A stretch of DNA of 64,000 nt. It comes from a virus. Numbering within the stretch: the first letter of the stretch is position 1; each line of letters opens with the position of its first letter. Below the pieces are notes generated by a model. It had not been told where the DNA came from and searched no databases. It worked only from the letters and a program-made list of their open reading frames with translations. Positions 35,503-44,729 of this stretch are shown here, one piece after another. The stretch is from IMG/VR virus record IMGVR_UViG_3300025141_000022, positions 120,914-184,913 of that record; one strand, given 5' to 3'. The position numbers and the translations under genes are program-made.

Positions 35503-38500
35503 ATTTGTTGGATTACACGCACATAGTGTTGCTGGATCTATTTTTGATGCAATAGGGTTCCCACAGGAACATATGGATTTTGCATATCAAAATGGCTGTG
35601 ATGCACTAGCCCTGACTGACCATGGTAACATGAATGGGCTTCCGTATCAGGTACTGCATGCTAAAAGAATGCAGGCAGAGGGTAAAAACTTTAAACCAAT
35701 TTTTGGCGTCGAAGCGTATTTTATACCGGATCTGGCCCAATGGCGTGAAGAATATGATCAAGCCATGGCCGACAAGAAACGCGCACGTTCTCTAAAAAAA
35801 TCATCTCAATCTGGTGCGACCATTGAAGATGAAAACGCTAGCAAGACGGCTATTAAAGACATCATCCGACGCAGAGCACACTTGGTACTGGTGGCTCAAA
35901 ACCAGACTGGCCTAAATAACCTGTTTAAATTGATTTCGGAATCTTACCAGCCAGAGAATTATTATCGTTATCCTCGAATGGATTATGCCATGCTTAAGAA
36001 ATATGGCGAAGGAATTATCGCATCTTCAGCGTGCCTAGGCGGTGTGTATGCCCAAGATTATTGGCAAAGCTGGGAACAGAATGAGGATGGCGAGCGCCAC
36101 TTTAACGAACAAGAGTGTATGCGGCGAATGCGGATTACTACAGAGAAGATGGTAGATATTTTTGGAGATAGGTGGTATGGAGAATTGCAGTGGAACAACA
36201 TTGACGATCAGCATCGTTTAAACCAATATATTATTAAGGTTGCCGAAGAGTATGGCGTAGAGCTTGTTACAACTGCTGACAGTCATTATCCAAATCCCAC
36301 CGCGTGGAAAGACCGCGAACTTTATAAGCGTCTAGGTTGGCTAGGTAAGAGTAAACCAGATTACGAAACAAATGAGTTGCCGCCTGGGGTCGAAGAGATC
36401 GGGTATGAACTATATCCTAAAAACGGAGATCAGATTTGGGAGTCTTACAAGAAGTATTCGTCTGATTGTAATTTCGAATATGATGACGGTCTTGTTATGC
36501 GCTCGATCACCAACACACACATGATTGCGCACGAAAGAATTGATAACTTTATTCCTGACAATACTGTTCGTTTGCCCGATTTTGTGGTGCCTGAAGACAT
36601 GACTGCTGATGCCGCTCTTATTAAACTAAGCCTGGAGGGGCTAAAGAATTTAAATCTCCTCCAAGAAGAGGTTTATCGTGATCGTCTAAAGCGAGAGCTT
36701 GACGTTATTGCTGACAGAGGGTTCAGCAAATACTTCCTTACGATGAAAGCCATTTCAGATCGAGCAGCAGACAACATGCTCACTGGCCCCGGCCGAGGCA
36801 GCGCAGCGGGATCGTTAGTAGCCTATGTTTTGGGAATTACTCAGGTAGATCCTATTAAATATGGTTTGCTGTTCTCGCGTTTCTTGCGCTCAGACGCAAC
36901 AGACTATCCCGATATTGATTACGATGTGGCTGACCCGATGGTGCTCAAAGAGCGCTTGATCGAGGAGTGGGGAGAAGATACTGTTGCACCGATTTCTAAC
37001 TGGAACACACTCAAGCTCAGAAGCTTAATCAAAGACATTTCCAAGTTTTATGGAATCGAGTTTACGCAAGTTAATTCTGTGACTAGTAAGATGATCCATG
37101 AGGCCATTGGCCCTGCCAAGAAGCGACATGGGATCAAGGCCGGGGTATACAGTCCCACGTTTGAAGAGGTGATGGAATTCAGTACAACGCTGCAAGCCTT
37201 TTTGAATCAGTATCCATTTGTAAAGACTCACGTCGAAGCTCTGGTTGGCCAAGTTCGTTCATGCTCTCGGCATGCCGGCGGGATCGTTGTAGCGGAAAAC
37301 CTAGATCAGTATATGCCGCTGATTAACTCTGGTGGCGTTCGTCAAACACCGTGGTCAGAAGGCCAGAACGTCAGACATCTTGAGCCAATGGGGTTTATTA
37401 AGTTCGATATTTTAGGACTCTCCACATTGAGAATGATTGACGGAGCGGTTCAACATATTTTACGAAGACATCATGGAATTGAGGACTGCACATTTGAGCA
37501 CATTAAGGATTACTATAATCAAAATCTGCATCCTGATGTATTAGACATGAGTGATCAGTCTGTGTACGAGAATATTTTTCATGCCGGCACATGGGCTGGC
37601 ATCTTTCAGTTTACTGAAAATGGAGCGCAGCAGTTTTGCACCCGTGCAAAGCCAACAAGCATTATTGATATTGCTGCTATCACATCTATTTTTCGACCGG
37701 GCCCCCTTAGCGCCAATGTCGATAAGGACTATGTAGAGGCCAAGAGGAGTCCACAATATATTAAATATATTCATCCAATTGTTCAGGAGATCACCGAAGA
37801 AACGTATGGGTTCTTAATCTTTCAGGAGCAAATTGCACTACTCGCTCATAAGCTTGGTAAGGATTTGAGCCTTGATGAAGGTAACGCGCTTCGTAAACTA
37901 CTTACTAAGAAGGGTACAGGAAAAGGCAATGATAAGAAAACGATTATTTATAAAAAGTTTATGCAAGGTTGTCAAGATAAGGGCGTCACAAAGTCGAACA
38001 GTCAAAGATTGTGGGATACTTTTGAGTACTTTTCTGGCTATGGCTTTAATAAGTCACACGCAGTGTCGTACTCAATCCTGTCGTACCAATGCGCATGGTT
38101 GATGAATTATTATCCTGCTGAGTGGATGGCAGCCTTTCTCGACAAAGAGCCAGAGTCTAGAAAGGAAAAGGCCATTAACATAGCTAAGCGCTTTGGTTTC
38201 GATATCGCCCCTCTCAACGTCAACACTTCTGGTGTAGTTTGGGAAATCGATCAGGATCAGAAAACACTAATTCAGCCACTAACTTCGATAAAGGGTTTGG
38301 GCATCGCGGCAATTGAGCAGATTATTAACAATCGTCCGTTCCAGAGTGTTGAAAGTTTCATCTTTAACGAAGAGATAGTTTACAGCAAACTAAACAAGAA
38401 GGCGCTGGATGTGTTGATTAGAAGCGGCGCAACAGACTGCCTCATTGATGGTAGGTTTACTGGCGCGAGGCACTTCTGGTCTGCTGTCGCCGTGGACCGC

Positions 38501-38935
38501 CCTAGGAAGGAGAAGAATCTAGTCGAAAATATTGAACTCTACTCCCCCGAAGGCGATTTCACAGAGGCTGAAAAAATTCAGTACCTCGTTGATTTGACTG
38601 GAGTGTTCCCCTTGAATAAGGTTATCACACTTGAGGTACAAGAAAGGCTAGAACAGATGTGTGTTCCTCCGTTGGCGGAATATGATCCAGATTTACATAT
38701 CGCGTGGTTTGTTCCAAGAAATATTATTCCGCGAAAAACAAAAAACGGTAAAGACTACTGGATTGTAGAGGTTATTGATTCGACAAGTAAATTGACAAAA
38801 ATCCGATGTTGGGGAATCCGACCGGGCCGGGACAACTTGCATATAAATAGGCCATATATGGCCAAGCTTGATTACAATCCAGAGTGGGGATTTTCAACAA
38901 GATCACTGAGGCACAATTTTAAACTTCTAGGATAA
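35480..38935 (+). CDS. dnaE: DNA polymerase III alpha subunit (family C)
   Basis: PHP domain (LHAHS, LTDHGN, GVEAY, TADSHY), GPGRGSAAGSLV, PDIDYD, HAGG, KFDILGL, FQEQI, GFNKSHAVSYS, C-terminal OB fold. Confidence 0.97.
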   Translation: MDTISKIKFVGLHAHSVAGSIFDAIGFPQEHMDFAYQNGCDALALTDHGNMNGLPYQVLHAKRMQAEGKNFKPIFGVEAYFIPDLAQWREEYDQAMADKKRARSLKKSSQSGATIEDENASKTAIKDIIRRRAHLVLVAQNQTGLNNLFKLISESYQPENYYRYPRMDYAMLKKYGEGIIASSACLGGVYAQDYWQSWEQNEDGERHFNEQECMRRMRITTEKMVDIFGDRWYGELQWNNIDDQHRLNQYIIKVAEEYGVELVTTADSHYPNPTAWKDRELYKRLGWLGKSKPDYETNELPPGVEEIGYELYPKNGDQIWESYKKYSSDCNFEYDDGLVMRSITNTHMIAHERIDNFIPDNTVRLPDFVVPEDMTADAALIKLSLEGLKNLNLLQEEVYRDRLKRELDVIADRGFSKYFLTMKAISDRAADNMLTGPGRGSAAGSLVAYVLGITQVDPIKYGLLFSRFLRSDATDYPDIDYDVADPMVLKERLIEEWGEDTVAPISNWNTLKLRSLIKDISKFYGIEFTQVNSVTSKMIHEAIGPAKKRHGIKAGVYSPTFEEVMEFSTTLQAFLNQYPFVKTHVEALVGQVRSCSRHAGGIVVAENLDQYMPLINSGGVRQTPWSEGQNVRHLEPMGFIKFDILGLSTLRMIDGAVQHILRRHHGIEDCTFEHIKDYYNQNLHPDVLDMSDQSVYENIFHAGTWAGIFQFTENGAQQFCTRAKPTSIIDIAAITSIFRPGPLSANVDKDYVEAKRSPQYIKYIHPIVQEITEETYGFLIFQEQIALLAHKLGKDLSLDEGNALRKLLTKKGTGKGNDKKTIIYKKFMQGCQDKGVTKSNSQRLWDTFEYFSGYGFNKSHAVSYSILSYQCAWLMNYYPAEWMAAFLDKEPESRKEKAINIAKRFGFDIAPLNVNTSGVVWEIDQDQKTLIQPLTSIKGLGIAAIEQIINNRPFQSVESFIFNEEIVYSKLNKKALDVLIRSGATDCLIDGRFTGARHFWSAVAVDRPRKEKNLVENIELYSPEGDFTEAEKIQYLVDLTGVFPLNKVITLEVQERLEQMCVPPLAEYDPDLHIAWFVPRNIIPRKTKNGKDYWIVEVIDSTSKLTKIRCWGIRPGRDNLHINRPYMAKLDYNPEWGFSTRSLRHNFKLLG

Positions 38936-38938
38936 GAT

Positions 38939-39466
38939 GTGAGTAAAAAATCTAAGATGAGCTTCTTTGAAAGCTTTGATCATACAGATAAGTCGGCATG
39001 GGCTACGAAAAGACTAAATGATGACGAATTCATTATAAGAAGTAGAGGTTCCCTATCTGGCAGTTGCGAACATTGCGGGCAAGAATACAGGATAAAATCA
39101 GCAACACATAAATATTGCAGTAAGGCGTGTTCCCGTCAGAGCATGAAGGATAAAAGGAAGGCAAGAGGGTTTTCGGAATATAGCGCAGGTAAATTAAGGT
39201 TTCTAGTTTTTAACAGAGATAATTTTTGCTGCATCTATTGTGGCAGGGCCACTTGGAATACGGACAATTTAATATTACATGCTGATCATATTCACCCAGC
39301 TAGTAAAGGCGGTGCCGACACTATTGATAATTTAGTTACCAGTTGTAGTGAATGTAATGTTGCAAAAGGTGCGGATTTAGTTTATAATGTAGAAGAGATA
39401 TTGGCAGAAGTGCAAAAAAGAAACAAACAAATTGGAAAATTAAAGGAGAAATTAAATGATTCTTGA
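38939..39466 (+). CDS. HNH endonuclease with N-terminal Zn-finger
   Basis: RDNFCCIYCG...LHADHIHPASKGGADTIDNLVTSCSECNVAKG; N-terminal CEHC...KYCSKAC. Confidence 0.9.
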   Translation: MSKKSKMSFFESFDHTDKSAWATKRLNDDEFIIRSRGSLSGSCEHCGQEYRIKSATHKYCSKACSRQSMKDKRKARGFSEYSAGKLRFLVFNRDNFCCIYCGRATWNTDNLILHADHIHPASKGGADTIDNLVTSCSECNVAKGADLVYNVEEILAEVQKRNKQIGKLKEKLNDS

Positions 39467-39938
39467 ATATAGCAGAGTAAGAGAAGACGTGGTGCCACCA
39501 ACAAGGGCAAACCCCAGTGATGCAGGGTTGGACTTGTTTTTTAACCCTGAGCCTGAGAGCATCATCGTTCACGAGTTAAACGACAGTATTACAATTGAGC
39601 CTGGACAGAGCGTGTTGGTTCCAACTGGCTACAGATTTGGTGTGCCTCATGGGTATATGCTAGAGATCAAAAACAGATCTAGCGTTGCCTACAAGCGTTC
39701 TTTGCTTGTAGGGGCCTGTGTGGTCGATAGTGGATACGACGGGGAGGTCTTCGTAAACCTTCACAATGTTGGGCAAGAGCCGCAGGTTCTAAGCCCCAAA
39801 GATAAGATTGCCCAAGCAGTTCTCGTACCAGTGGTGCCCTTTAGGGCGATGGAGACACAAAACGGAAATCTATATGGTTGGTACCCGATCACCATCAGTG
39901 AAAGGGGCACTGGCGCACTGGGGAGCACAGATGAATAA
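39456..39938 (+). CDS. dut: dUTPase (trimeric)
   Basis: DAGLDL, NRSS, VVDSGYDGEV, DKIAQAV, RGTGALGST. Confidence 0.95.
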   Translation: MILEYSRVREDVVPPTRANPSDAGLDLFFNPEPESIIVHELNDSITIEPGQSVLVPTGYRFGVPHGYMLEIKNRSSVAYKRSLLVGACVVDSGYDGEVFVNLHNVGQEPQVLSPKDKIAQAVLVPVVPFRAMETQNGNLYGWYPITISERGTGALGSTDE

Positions 39939-40416
39939 GGCAACGCAGGCAGTATTGTTTTCCAGCAAAACTAATCTGTGGGAAACCCCGAAAGATTTTT
40001 TTGATAAATTGAATTGGAGATTTGGACCTTTTGATTTGGATCCTTGTGCGACTCCGCATAACACAAAGTGTGCCAATTTTTATACCGAAGCTGAAGACGG
40101 CCTCTCAAAGAGTTGGCAGGGTCATACAGTATTTGTTAATCCTCCGTATGGTCGAGACATTGGCAAGTGGATTAAAAAGGCTCACGAAGAAACTCAACAA
40201 GATGTGGATACGAAAGTCGTCATGCTAATTCCTGCCAGAACAGATACAAAATACTGGCACGACTATGTTATGAAGGCCGAACTTGTATTTTTTGTCAAGG
40301 GAAGATTAAAGTTTGGCGACAGCGAAAACAGTGCCCCTTTTCCATCGGCAGTTGTTGTTTTTAGGAAGCACACAAACACGGGCGGCAACCCGCTTATGGG
40401 AGCACTGGGCAGATGA
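39931..40416 (+). CDS. Phage DNA N6-adenine methyltransferase (start ATG 39931)
   Basis: WETPKDFF, FDLDPCA, VFVNPPYG, LIPARTDT. Confidence 0.9.
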   Translation: MNKATQAVLFSSKTNLWETPKDFFDKLNWRFGPFDLDPCATPHNTKCANFYTEAEDGLSKSWQGHTVFVNPPYGRDIGKWIKKAHEETQQDVDTKVVMLIPARTDTKYWHDYVMKAELVFFVKGRLKFGDSENSAPFPSAVVVFRKHTNTGGNPLMGALGR

Positions 40417-40706
40417 ACCGAAAAGAGCGAAGAAGATTAAAGAAGCAGCAAGAAAAGAAAGGTAACAAAGAATTGGAAGAAAAAATAGGACTATTCGACA
40501 AGATACCAGACCGCTGCTTAACTTGTGGTCTAGATTTTGATAAGACTGATAAAGAACAGGTCACTACATGGTTCGTTGCTGTGCGAGAAAAAGAACAAAA
40601 GGTAAATTTATATTGTCCAACGTGCTGGGAGACAGCCCAAAGTCTTATAAAAGAATTTTATGATCATATGAACAGCAAATACAATGAAGAAGAAGGAGAA
40701 GAATGA
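40413..40706 (+). CDS. Hypothetical Zn-ribbon protein
   Basis: NRKERR start; CLTC...CPTC. Confidence 0.55.
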   Translation: MNRKERRRLKKQQEKKGNKELEEKIGLFDKIPDRCLTCGLDFDKTDKEQVTTWFVAVREKEQKVNLYCPTCWETAQSLIKEFYDHMNSKYNEEEGEE

Positions 40707-41737
40707 TGACATGGACGAAGATGGGATTAAGTTTTGATGATGTGCTGATTGAGCCACAGTTTTCTACTATTCAAACCAGAAGCGAGGTTGATATTGGAGC
40801 AGATTTAGATGCTCGCCACCATTTACAGGTGCCAGTTATATCCAGCCCAATGGATACAGTAACCGAGACGGCCATGGCTGTTGCTATGCGTAACTCGGGA
40901 GGCTTAGGCATCATTCACAGATACAACACAATCGAAAAACAAGTTGATATAATTGATCGCCTTGTAGCTGAAGACCCTAAAGCGGTTGCTGCCGCAGCTA
41001 TCGGGGTCACTGGTGACTATGAAGAACGCGCATGGGCTCTCTATGACGCCGGCGCTAGGGTTCTTTGTATTGACGTAGCTCATGGACACCACGTTCTTAT
41101 GAAGCAAGGGATTGAGAATATAAGACGCGTTCTTGGCGACGAGGTGCATATTATGGCTGGCAACGTAGCTACGCTACAGGCCACTAATGATTTGGCTGAC
41201 TGGGGAGCAAACAGTGTTCGCATTGGCATTGGAGGAGGATCCATCTGCTCCACTAGGGTTCAAACTGGTCATGGTATCCCCACCTTTCAATCAGTCTACG
41301 ATTGTGCAAAAACAGATCGCGATGTGGTTTTGATCGCTGATGGCGGTATTAAAAACTCAGGAGATATAGTCAAGTCTCTTGCAGCCGGCGCAGATTTTGT
41401 TATGGTTGGCTCACTGCTGGCTGGCACAATGGAATCACCCGGTGAGGTACACCGTTCGCCTACTGGAGAGCCACGGAAACAATATCGAGGCATGGCCAGC
41501 GCAGCCGCACAAGTTGATTGGAGAGGCAAGGCTTCCTCCTTGGAGGGTATTTCTACGACCATTCCTTACAAGGGCAGCGTAAAGCCAATAATGGAACAAC
41601 TAGCAAATGGCATTCGGAGCGGGTTTTCCTATTCGGGAGCGAGAACGGTGAAGCAGTTCCAGGCCAAAGTTAAATTTATTAGACAGACTCACTCGGCTCA
41701 GGTTGAAAGTTCAACTCACATTTTGAGAGAACTATAA
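40703..41737 (+). CDS. IMP dehydrogenase / GMP reductase family enzyme (no CBS domains)
   Basis: [33 protein letters not shown] (catalytic Cys), IADGGI, YRGMAS, EG. Confidence 0.92.
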   Translation: MMTWTKMGLSFDDVLIEPQFSTIQTRSEVDIGADLDARHHLQVPVISSPMDTVTETAMAVAMRNSGGLGIIHRYNTIEKQVDIIDRLVAEDPKAVAAAAIGVTGDYEERAWALYDAGARVLCIDVAHGHHVLMKQGIENIRRVLGDEVHIMAGNVATLQATNDLADWGANSVRIGIGGGSICSTRVQTGHGIPTFQSVYDCAKTDRDVVLIADGGIKNSGDIVKSLAAGADFVMVGSLLAGTMESPGEVHRSPTGEPRKQYRGMASAAAQVDWRGKASSLEGISTTIPYKGSVKPIMEQLANGIRSGFSYSGARTVKQFQAKVKFIRQTHSAQVESSTHILREL

Positions 41738-42075
41738 TGGGCAAGAATGACGAGACTGAGGCTAAAGAGAGAATTGTTGTCCGAATTACGGAACGTGAAA
41801 AGGCTGATTTAAAGATTAAGCTTCATTCCGATGGTTTGACACTGAGCAAGTTTATGCGCACCGCTGTTGCGTCCTACTTGCAGGAAGATGACAGCTTTAT
41901 GCAGTGGGCCGATGAGCACTTATATCCCAACAGTTATATTAAAAGTAAAGCTCAAAGGGCGAAGAGTAAATCTTTGCGAGAAGAAGGGAAGCACATAAAA
42001 GACAAGTTTGTTTTAGATGAAGGAGAAGTGTCGAATATATTTGACATTATTGAAAAGGAGTATCCAGAATTATGA
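41737..42075 (+). CDS. Hypothetical protein, possible ribbon-helix-helix N-terminus
   Basis: IVVRITEREKADLKIKL...LSKFMRTAVASYL. Confidence 0.45.
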   Translation: MGKNDETEAKERIVVRITEREKADLKIKLHSDGLTLSKFMRTAVASYLQEDDSFMQWADEHLYPNSYIKSKAQRAKSKSLREEGKHIKDKFVLDEGEVSNIFDIIEKEYPEL

Positions 42076-42317
42076 GGCTGTGTGAGAAGATGTGTTTGGA
42101 CAAGAATGTTTCGTGCCCAAACAAGGATTGTAGAATGTGGATAGATTATGAGGAAGATTTGAATTGCACACTAATTACTGTCAGGAAGCACGGTAATTTA
42201 ACTTTGAGAGAGGTAGCGGTGCGAGAAGGCGTTAGCTTTGTTCGAATAAAACAAATAGAGCAAAAAGCCTTAGAGAAGCTTAAGAAGAAAAATTTAGAGC
42301 TTTTCCACTCGCCATGA
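42072..42317 (+). CDS. Stand-alone sigma70 region-4 HTH protein with Cys-rich N-terminus
   Basis: LTLREVAVREGVSFVRIKQIEQKALEKLK aligns with sigma70 [28 protein letters not shown]. Confidence 0.75.
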   Translation: MRLCEKMCLDKNVSCPNKDCRMWIDYEEDLNCTLITVRKHGNLTLREVAVREGVSFVRIKQIEQKALEKLKKKNLELFHSP

Positions 42318-42346
42318 CAAAAAAAGGTCATTTACCAAACTTAAAT

Positions 42347-42354
42347 ACTATTTA
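42347..42354 (+). promoter_or_regulatory. Putative late-promoter motif ACTATTTA
   Basis: Gap before the acidic protein 42412. Confidence 0.55.
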
Positions 42355-42411
42355 CTTTGAACGTACCAAGTACCGTTTTGCAAAATTATATTTTTAGGAG
42401 TAGACAATAGA

Positions 42412-42987
42412 ATGAGCACCAAAAAACCGTTACTAAATGAGAGCGTGGTTCGTAGGTTCTTAAAGCTTGCTGATGTTAAGCCCATCAATGAAGAGTGGTA
42501 TACATCAATTTATGAGCAAGAAGATGAGGAGCCCCTACCCGGCGAAGGTGAGGAAGATGCCGCACTGGAGCCCATGGAACTGGGAGAACCCGAAGCAGAG
42601 ATGCCAGAAGACGAATTGGCGGATCCCGTTGGAGATGAACCAGCTGCCGATCCAATGAGTGAAGAAGGCGTCGAGGAGTTGGTGTCCGCTATTGCCGATG
42701 CTATCCAAAGCGTGACCGGCGTAGAAGTTGGGGTCGAAGGCGGCGAAGGGGGTGAGGAACTGCCCGCCGAAGAGCCTGAAGCTGGTCTGGAAGAGCCCGC
42801 CGAACTCGGCGCAGAAGCGCCCATGGGCGACGAAGGACTTCCACCCGAAGGGGGCGCAGATCTTGGCGCAGCCGAAGAAGAGCCAGCCAATAGAGGCGGC
42901 GGCATGTACGAGGGTCAACTTACCGATGACGTTATCAACGAGGTCACCCGTCGAGTAGCAGCCCGCCTGATGAAAATCAACAGATAA
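42412..42987 (+). CDS. Highly acidic low-complexity protein (scaffold / internal-head-like)
   Basis: LLNESVVRRFLKLA leader, E/P/G-rich body, VINEVTRRVAARL end; SD AGGAG. Confidence 0.6.
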   Translation: MSTKKPLLNESVVRRFLKLADVKPINEEWYTSIYEQEDEEPLPGEGEEDAALEPMELGEPEAEMPEDELADPVGDEPAADPMSEEGVEELVSAIADAIQSVTGVEVGVEGGEGGEELPAEEPEAGLEEPAELGAEAPMGDEGLPPEGGADLGAAEEEPANRGGGMYEGQLTDDVINEVTRRVAARLMKINR

Positions 42988-43013
42988 TAAATAACAATAA
43001 ACATTAAAATGGG

Positions 43014-43050
43014 GCCACAGCTATGATAACATTTAGCTGTGGTTTTATTT
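43014..43050 (+). terminator. Rho-independent terminator
   Basis: CCACAGCTA-N10-TAGCTGTGG followed by TTTTATTTT. Confidence 0.85.
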
Positions 43051-43065
43051 TAATGGGAGTGGTGA

Positions 43066-43443
43066 ATGGAAATAAGTCTATGGATTTTAACGGGAATAAT
43101 CATAAGTTCAATATTTGGCAGATTGTTTCTTTTGGGCAATAGAATTAAGATATACAAGCAACTAGAAGCTGACATTTTAGCTATGATAGTTAGTCTTGAA
43201 GAAGATGTGGCATACATGCGAACGCTCAAATATTTACACATGGAGCAATTTGGCGTTGACGAAAACATGCAAAAAATAACAAAGAATATGGACGAGCATG
43301 CAACAGGTATGTGGAAAGATTCAATCATCAAGAAGTTGATTTCTATGTATCCCCCCGCATTGCGTTCTACAATAGAGTACTATGACTGGTCAACGGCCAT
43401 AGAAAGTCATTCTAAAACAATACTAGACAGGAAAAACAAATGA
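43066..43443 (+). CDS. Hypothetical membrane-anchored protein
   Basis: N-terminal TM segment; SD GGGAG. Confidence 0.55.
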   Translation: MEISLWILTGIIISSIFGRLFLLGNRIKIYKQLEADILAMIVSLEEDVAYMRTLKYLHMEQFGVDENMQKITKNMDEHATGMWKDSIIKKLISMYPPALRSTIEYYDWSTAIESHSKTILDRKNK

Positions 43444-44081
43444 AGTTCAATGGTAAAACAGAGGAAGAGTCCGATGAGGGAAACGAGCCCTCTCAACTGA
43501 TAGCAGTAACACAAGAGCCAGATTTGAGAACCTTCGGTCTTTGCGGGGATCTGGATGAAGAAAAGACAGCAGACATATTGTACACAATGTTGCTGTTACA
43601 CGAGAACGGCAAACAAGAGGTACCAGTTAATCCGAAGGATTTAAGTAAAGGGACAAAAACGATTTGTGAGCCATTTGAATTTTTAATTTCAACAGCCGGC
43701 GGCGGTGCTCATGAAATGTTTGCGATTTACGATATGATGAGAAGTATTCGTCAAGATTGCACAATCAAGACTTTGGGCATGGGCAAGGTAATGTCGGCCG
43801 GCGTCATCTTATTAGCCGCTGGAACCAAAGGTGAGCGAAGAGTGGGCGAGAATTGTCGAATTATGATTCATAGTGTTATTGGTGGTCATGCTGGCGCAAT
43901 TCATAACTTGGAAAACGAGATGGACGAAGTGAGATGGTGTCAGGAGCAGTATATTAAAGCTTTATCTCGCGAGACAGATATGACGAAGGCGTATATCAAA
44001 AAATTGTTAGCTAGAAAAGTTAATGTTTATTTAACTGCTGCCGAAGCAGTTGAACTTGGTATTGCCGATAAAATTATTTGA
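43440..44081 (+). CDS. clpP: ClpP-like ATP-dependent protease proteolytic subunit
   Basis: ISTAGGG, AIYDMM, GKVMSAG (Ser), RIMIH (His), LTAAEAVELGIADKI. Confidence 0.85.
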   Translation: MKFNGKTEEESDEGNEPSQLIAVTQEPDLRTFGLCGDLDEEKTADILYTMLLLHENGKQEVPVNPKDLSKGTKTICEPFEFLISTAGGGAHEMFAIYDMMRSIRQDCTIKTLGMGKVMSAGVILLAAGTKGERRVGENCRIMIHSVIGGHAGAIHNLENEMDEVRWCQEQYIKALSRETDMTKAYIKKLLARKVNVYLTAAEAVELGIADKII

Positions 44082-44082
44082 A

Positions 44083-44090
44083 ACTATTTA
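44083..44090 (+). promoter_or_regulatory. Putative late-promoter motif ACTATTTA
   Basis: Immediately after the clpP stop; SD AGGAG and ATG 44106 follow. Confidence 0.55.
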
Positions 44091-44105
44091 TTGCAAGGAG
44101 TTAAA

Positions 44106-44720
44106 ATGGCAAAAGTAACGGGGTTGCATGCATTTTTTATCAAGGAACGCTATATGAAGATAATGGCAGAAAAAGGATATAGGTTTTATGACACCGAACA
44201 GGCATACAACGTTAATGTAATAGCTGTAAGAAGTGATGTTAGAACAGTGAATAAATATGATGATATGCTGCTGGTAATTTACCGAAATCCAACTAGAGAT
44301 TGGGAGATACTGTCGTATCCTATCACGACCGATCCGAGCGCATTTTACGCAAACAAAGCAAACTCTAAAGGGACAGCAGTTTTGATACCAGATCAATATC
44401 AGGATGCATATAAAATTGTTGACGACAGGTTTGTACAAGTTTCTGATAAGTCTGTGGAAATCTACAGAGAAGCGAACAAAGAGAGTCTTGACGATGAACA
44501 GGCTTCCGCAATATCGCAAGGCCATTTTGGTATCGATCTTGACGCTCCAGACGCCGAGGTAAAAATAGTGGATCGTTGGTGTGCTGGAAATCAGCTTTTT
44601 AAACGCTCGACTGATTATAATGAATTTATAAGAGCGTGTAAGAGGGCAGCTAAGAAGTTTGGAAATTGCTTTACTTATACGCTTTTGACAGAAGGTGACG
44701 TTTACGACTCCGACTACTGA
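44106..44720 (+). CDS. Conserved phage protein, possible L,D-transpeptidase-like fold with a substituted active site (start ATG 44106)
   Basis: NVNVIAVR...YDD...ITTDP...KGTAVL...FGIDLD...WCAGNQLF...FTYTLL. Confidence 0.4.
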   Translation: MAKVTGLHAFFIKERYMKIMAEKGYRFYDTEQAYNVNVIAVRSDVRTVNKYDDMLLVIYRNPTRDWEILSYPITTDPSAFYANKANSKGTAVLIPDQYQDAYKIVDDRFVQVSDKSVEIYREANKESLDDEQASAISQGHFGIDLDAPDAEVKIVDRWCAGNQLFKRSTDYNEFIRACKRAAKKFGNCFTYTLLTEGDVYDSDY

Positions 44721-44729
44721 GGGAAAAAA

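Noticed and set aside
29074-38935. Inteins or introns in helicase, RNR or DnaE
   Set aside because: Lengths are ordinary, catalytic motifs are contiguous, and no C...HN intein ends or frame breaks were seen.
40703-41737. Assigning guaB versus guaC
   Set aside because: The visible motifs are shared by IMPDH and GMPR, and the two cannot be distinguished reliably without phylogeny.
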